DNA of 32,444 bases from Candidatus Jordarchaeia archaeon. GTDB lineage: Archaea; Asgardarchaeota; Jordiarchaeia; Jordiarchaeales; Jordiarchaeaceae. Under the pieces are notes generated by a model, which saw only the letters and a program-made list of their open reading frames with translations, did not search any database and was not told the DNA's origin. The DNA lies in assembly GCA_029856435.1 (NCBI GenBank), contig JAHQXB010000005.1:1-32444 (forward strand), given 5' to 3'. Shown here one piece after another: positions 29,463 to 32,444 of the stretch (position 1 is its first letter; each line of letters begins with the position of its first letter). The position numbers and the translations under genes are program-made.

Positions 29463-30281
29463 TTGGAGATGCGAAAAGTGATCAATTTAACCATCTTATA
29501 CGAGCTGGTGATTTACGAGATTTTGATGACAATATTACTTTTGGGTTTCAGTATCCTCTTTGCACAGCGTTACCGCGAAAAACAAAGAAAAGCCATCAAG
29601 TACTTGGCCCTAACTTATTTAATGTTCACCTTGGGCTCCTTAATGGCTGCTTATGGACATCTTATATACACCAAGTACTGGGGATTAATACTGATGGACT
29701 ACACCATTATACCATACTTGTTGACCGGCTACCCAATTCCACTAGATATACAAAGAGTGTTATTGATTTTCGACCAAACAACAACATCAATAATTCTCCA
29801 CTTTGAAGGGTATCCAACGCTTCTAGTTTACCAGTGGAGCGCCGCACTCATACCAGCAGCAATAGGACATCTTTTCATCTATTTGTTCACCTTTGAGGCC
29901 TTCAAAGAAGTGAGGATAAAATATGTTGTACCCTACTTGATTTTCATGGGAGTAGTGATTGCATTCCTCATAGGAAACATATACATAACAGTTAACTGGT
30001 TCCTCATCTTTATGCTGGGATTAATTACCCAAGGCTTGCTGATTTATTACTCAATTAAAGCCATGCGAATAACGGACAGCAAAGTCTACAAAAGAGGCTT
30101 TCTATTGGTGTCATTTACAGCTGTGCTATTCATTCTGTTCTTCCTAAGTTATCTTCTCGACAGCCTCTTAGGAGGTTGGACAATTTTCCTATTTGTAGGA
30201 TGGACCCTAGTAATGATATCTGCTATGCCCACCTATATCGGATACATACTGCCAGACTGGTTCCGCAAAAGATACGAATAA
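29463..30281 (+). CDS. Orphan polytopic membrane protein with about 7 TM helices
   Basis: Seven hydrophobic segments by eye, a long loop after TM2, C-terminus YIGYILPDWFRKRYE. Exact start uncertain. Confidence 0.8.
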   Translation: MEMRKVINLTILYELVIYEILMTILLLGFSILFAQRYREKQRKAIKYLALTYLMFTLGSLMAAYGHLIYTKYWGLILMDYTIIPYLLTGYPIPLDIQRVLLIFDQTTTSIILHFEGYPTLLVYQWSAALIPAAIGHLFIYLFTFEAFKEVRIKYVVPYLIFMGVVIAFLIGNIYITVNWFLIFMLGLITQGLLIYYSIKAMRITDSKVYKRGFLLVSFTAVLFILFFLSYLLDSLLGGWTIFLFVGWTLVMISAMPTYIGYILPDWFRKRYE

Positions 30282-30359
30282 AGAAAAAATACTTCCTTTT
30301 TTCCATATTTTTTGATGCCCATAAAACTCGAAGAATGAAAATTTAGAGGGACACACTAT

Positions 30360-31214
30360 TCATTTTTTAAGGCTTAGCTTCGCTGCTAGGAGAACATTTC
30401 TCATAAGCATGATTGCTGTGAGTGGACCAACGCCTCCTGGAACGGGGGTAATGTAGGAGGCTTTTTTTCTAACATTTTCAAAGTCTACGTCTCCGCACAA
30501 TTTGCCTTCCACTCGGTTTATTCCCACATCAATTACTATGGCCCCTTCCTTTACCATATCAGCGGTAACGAAATTGGGTATACCTACTGCTGCTACGAGG
30601 ATGTCTGCGCGACTCATGTGTAATTTTATATCTTTTGTCTTGGTATGGCAAACGGTGACTGTGGCATCGTTATTGATTAGTAAAGCCATTAGGGGTCTTC
30701 CCACAATTTTGCTCCTGTTTACTATTACAACATCTTTCCCCCTCACTTCTATATTGCTTCTCTTAAGCATCTCTAATATGCCAGCGGGTGTGTTTGGGAT
30801 GAAACCCTCCTGTTTCAGGAGTAGTTTACCCATGTTGAGGGGGTGCAAACCGTCCACATCCTTTTCAGGTGAAATAGCTGAGAGTATCCTGTTTTCATCC
30901 AAGTGTTTTGGCAGGGGGAGCTGAACCAGAATTCCATGAATCTTGTCATCCTTATTTAATCTTTGGATGAGTTCAATTATTTCCTCCTCTTTCGCGGTGT
31001 CTGGAAACAGGTAATCCTCAAAGTGAAAAGAAAGTCTACTGCTGGTTTTTTTCTTAATGTTTACATAGACTTGAGAGCCGGGATCGCTTCCCACAAGAAT
31101 AACTGCAAGACCCGGTGTTACGCCGTATTTTTCTATGAGCTCCTTTGTTTCCTCTATTATCTCGTTTTCTATGCTACTCGCAATCTGTTTGCCGTCAAGT
31201 ATCTCAGCTACCAT
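30360..31214 (-). CDS. folD: Methylenetetrahydrofolate dehydrogenase/cyclohydrolase
   Basis: PGLAVILVG, GILVQLPLP, KDVDGLHP, PNTPAG, IVGRPL, TVCH, IDVGIN, TPVPGGVGPLT. Confidence 0.96.
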   Translation of the reverse strand: MVAEILDGKQIASSIENEIIEETKELIEKYGVTPGLAVILVGSDPGSQVYVNIKKKTSSRLSFHFEDYLFPDTAKEEEIIELIQRLNKDDKIHGILVQLPLPKHLDENRILSAISPEKDVDGLHPLNMGKLLLKQEGFIPNTPAGILEMLKRSNIEVRGKDVVIVNRSKIVGRPLMALLINNDATVTVCHTKTKDIKLHMSRADILVAAVGIPNFVTADMVKEGAIVIDVGINRVEGKLCGDVDFENVRKKASYITPVPGGVGPLTAIMLMRNVLLAAKLSLKK

Positions 31215-31249
31215 TTGCCAACTAGACCTCCAATTTTGAATTTTCCGAA

Positions 31250-32173
31250 TTGTTTTTAAAGTTGATGTATATGTTGTTTTTCACTACTCAAATATTTATA
31301 GGAGGAGCAAGTATCAACATCTCAATCACCATAGACCTTGACAGGGATTGCCCAATGCCCCTCAAAGGGGTTAAACAGGCAGTTAGCGATATTCTAACAT
31401 CCAAATACGATGGAAAAACGGATGCGGTTTTCGACTGCACCGTTAAGGGCCTCACAAAAACCCTAGAACTTCTCGAAGAATTAGGGTTAAAAGCCACATT
31501 CTTCATCGAGGCGAGAACTCTACAATATCTCAGAGAAAATCATGGCGAAATCATAAAATCCCTAATGAAATACGAGGTCGGCTGTCACGGATTAAACCAT
31601 GAGGATTTAACTGGAGAGGAGACAGGAATAAGGATCAGTTATAACGAGCAATTAAAAATTTTGAGAGAAGCCACGCGAACAATTAAAAACCTGTTAAAAG
31701 TGAAACCCCAAGGATTCAGAGCCCCCTATCTGAAAACTAATTCGGACACCTTCAAAGCTCTAACCAAGCTAGGATATCTATATGACTCATCAATAATGGT
31801 GGAGACAGTCGAAACCCCATTACCCTACCGCATAAAAGAAGACCAAAAAAACATAATAGAAGTCCCCGTCCCAGTCTATCCCCTAAACACCGGAAGAATG
31901 ACACTATATACATGGGCGCTCTTCGAAAAGAAGAGAAAATTAGAACAATACAAAAAAATCATAAGAGTCTACCAGAAAAACGATAAAGGAGGTTTACTTC
32001 AGATATCCTTCCATCCCTGGCATTTAGCTTATCTCATAAAAGAAAAAAGGACTCTAAAAGAGGAAGAGATCAACAAAAACGTAAGCAACCTCAAAAACTT
32101 GTTAAACGACTTAAAAAAAGGCTGCTACGAGGTATTAACAATAAAAGAATATCTAAAAGAAATAAAAATTTAA
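31250..32173 (+). CDS. Polysaccharide deacetylase (CE4/NodB) family protein; real start probably downstream of 31250
   Basis: TIDLD, KATFFIE, EVGCHGLNHE, GFRAPY, YLYDSS, SFHPW. Confidence 0.88.
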   Translation: MFLKLMYMLFFTTQIFIGGASINISITIDLDRDCPMPLKGVKQAVSDILTSKYDGKTDAVFDCTVKGLTKTLELLEELGLKATFFIEARTLQYLRENHGEIIKSLMKYEVGCHGLNHEDLTGEETGIRISYNEQLKILREATRTIKNLLKVKPQGFRAPYLKTNSDTFKALTKLGYLYDSSIMVETVETPLPYRIKEDQKNIIEVPVPVYPLNTGRMTLYTWALFEKKRKLEQYKKIIRVYQKNDKGGLLQISFHPWHLAYLIKEKRTLKEEEINKNVSNLKNLLNDLKKGCYEVLTIKEYLKEIKI

Positions 32174-32188
32174 TTTGCTAATTCCAGG

Positions 32189-32366
32189 GGTGCAGTTAAC
32201 TGAGTGTCACCTTTTGGGTGTATGTTTTGGGCCGTTTCCTGCGTTCCCATATTGAAGCCCATTTTGAGTTACTGAGGGGTAGAAACGCCGAAAAGGGCGT
32301 CTCGGGAGTGTGATGAAAGCCGAAAAACAAATGCCACGCAGCAGGTGACACCAAATTAATTGTGCC
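32189..32366. mobile_element. 178-bp MITE (non-autonomous IS derivative) with 8-bp target-site duplication
   Basis: ATTCCAGG directly on both sides (32181-32188 and 32367-32374); 23-bp imperfect terminal inverted repeats, 17/23 identical; no coding capacity. Confidence 0.8.
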
Positions 32367-32444
32367 ATTCCAGGTGAAGAAAACACAATTATAAGCCGGA
32401 TTTCTGTTTTTAGCTTCTAACCTTTAAACTAAGTCTATTGTTTC

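Noticed and set aside
32189-32366. SRP RNA, riboswitch or hammerhead interpretation of the long hairpin
   Set aside because: No SRP helix-8 motif, no CUGAUGA hammerhead core and no recognisable riboswitch consensus; the exact flanking 8-bp duplication is better explained by a MITE.
32388-32412. Minus-strand AACAGAAATCCGGCTTAT resembling the RNase P RNA 3' conserved region
   Set aside because: The spacer is 4 nt rather than the usual 3, the roughly 35 nt of upstream context available is AT-rich and unstructured, and the rest would lie outside the window. An Infernal search on the adjoining sequence would settle it.

Overview
Archaeal chromosomal window with about 33 mostly housekeeping CDSs; gene content fits an uncultured TACK or Asgard-type lineage, but the taxon cannot be fixed from this window. 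It covers translation and tRNA modification (aspS, truD, pth2, EF-1beta, trm5, dph5, sepS, taw1), chromatin, repair and proteostasis (alba, fen1, cdc48, pcm, sir2), flavin, purine and C1 metabolism (ribK, ribL, purH, folD) and metal handling (P1B ATPase, NikR-like regulator, CooC-like ATPase). Main discovery: the pcm gene, split into two ORFs in the track, is interrupted by a 32-nt bulge-helix-bulge (BHB) intron (12093-12124, minus strand). Cutting at the canonical BHB positions exactly restores the frame and the conserved QTISAPHMV motif. A tRNA-Lys(CUU) 2 kb away carries two BHB introns at non-canonical positions (15/16 and 53/54), consistent with a relaxed-specificity splicing endonuclease. 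Other notable signals: an apparent ACG start for sepS and possible ATC starts in a TTG-rich initiation landscape; a sharp A/C-to-T/G composition flip inside cdc48; a 178-bp MITE with an exact 8-bp target-site duplication; a divergent NikR-like/P1B-ATPase pair; and an orphan 7-TM protein. Structures and start sites were read by eye; no database searches or folding programs were run.
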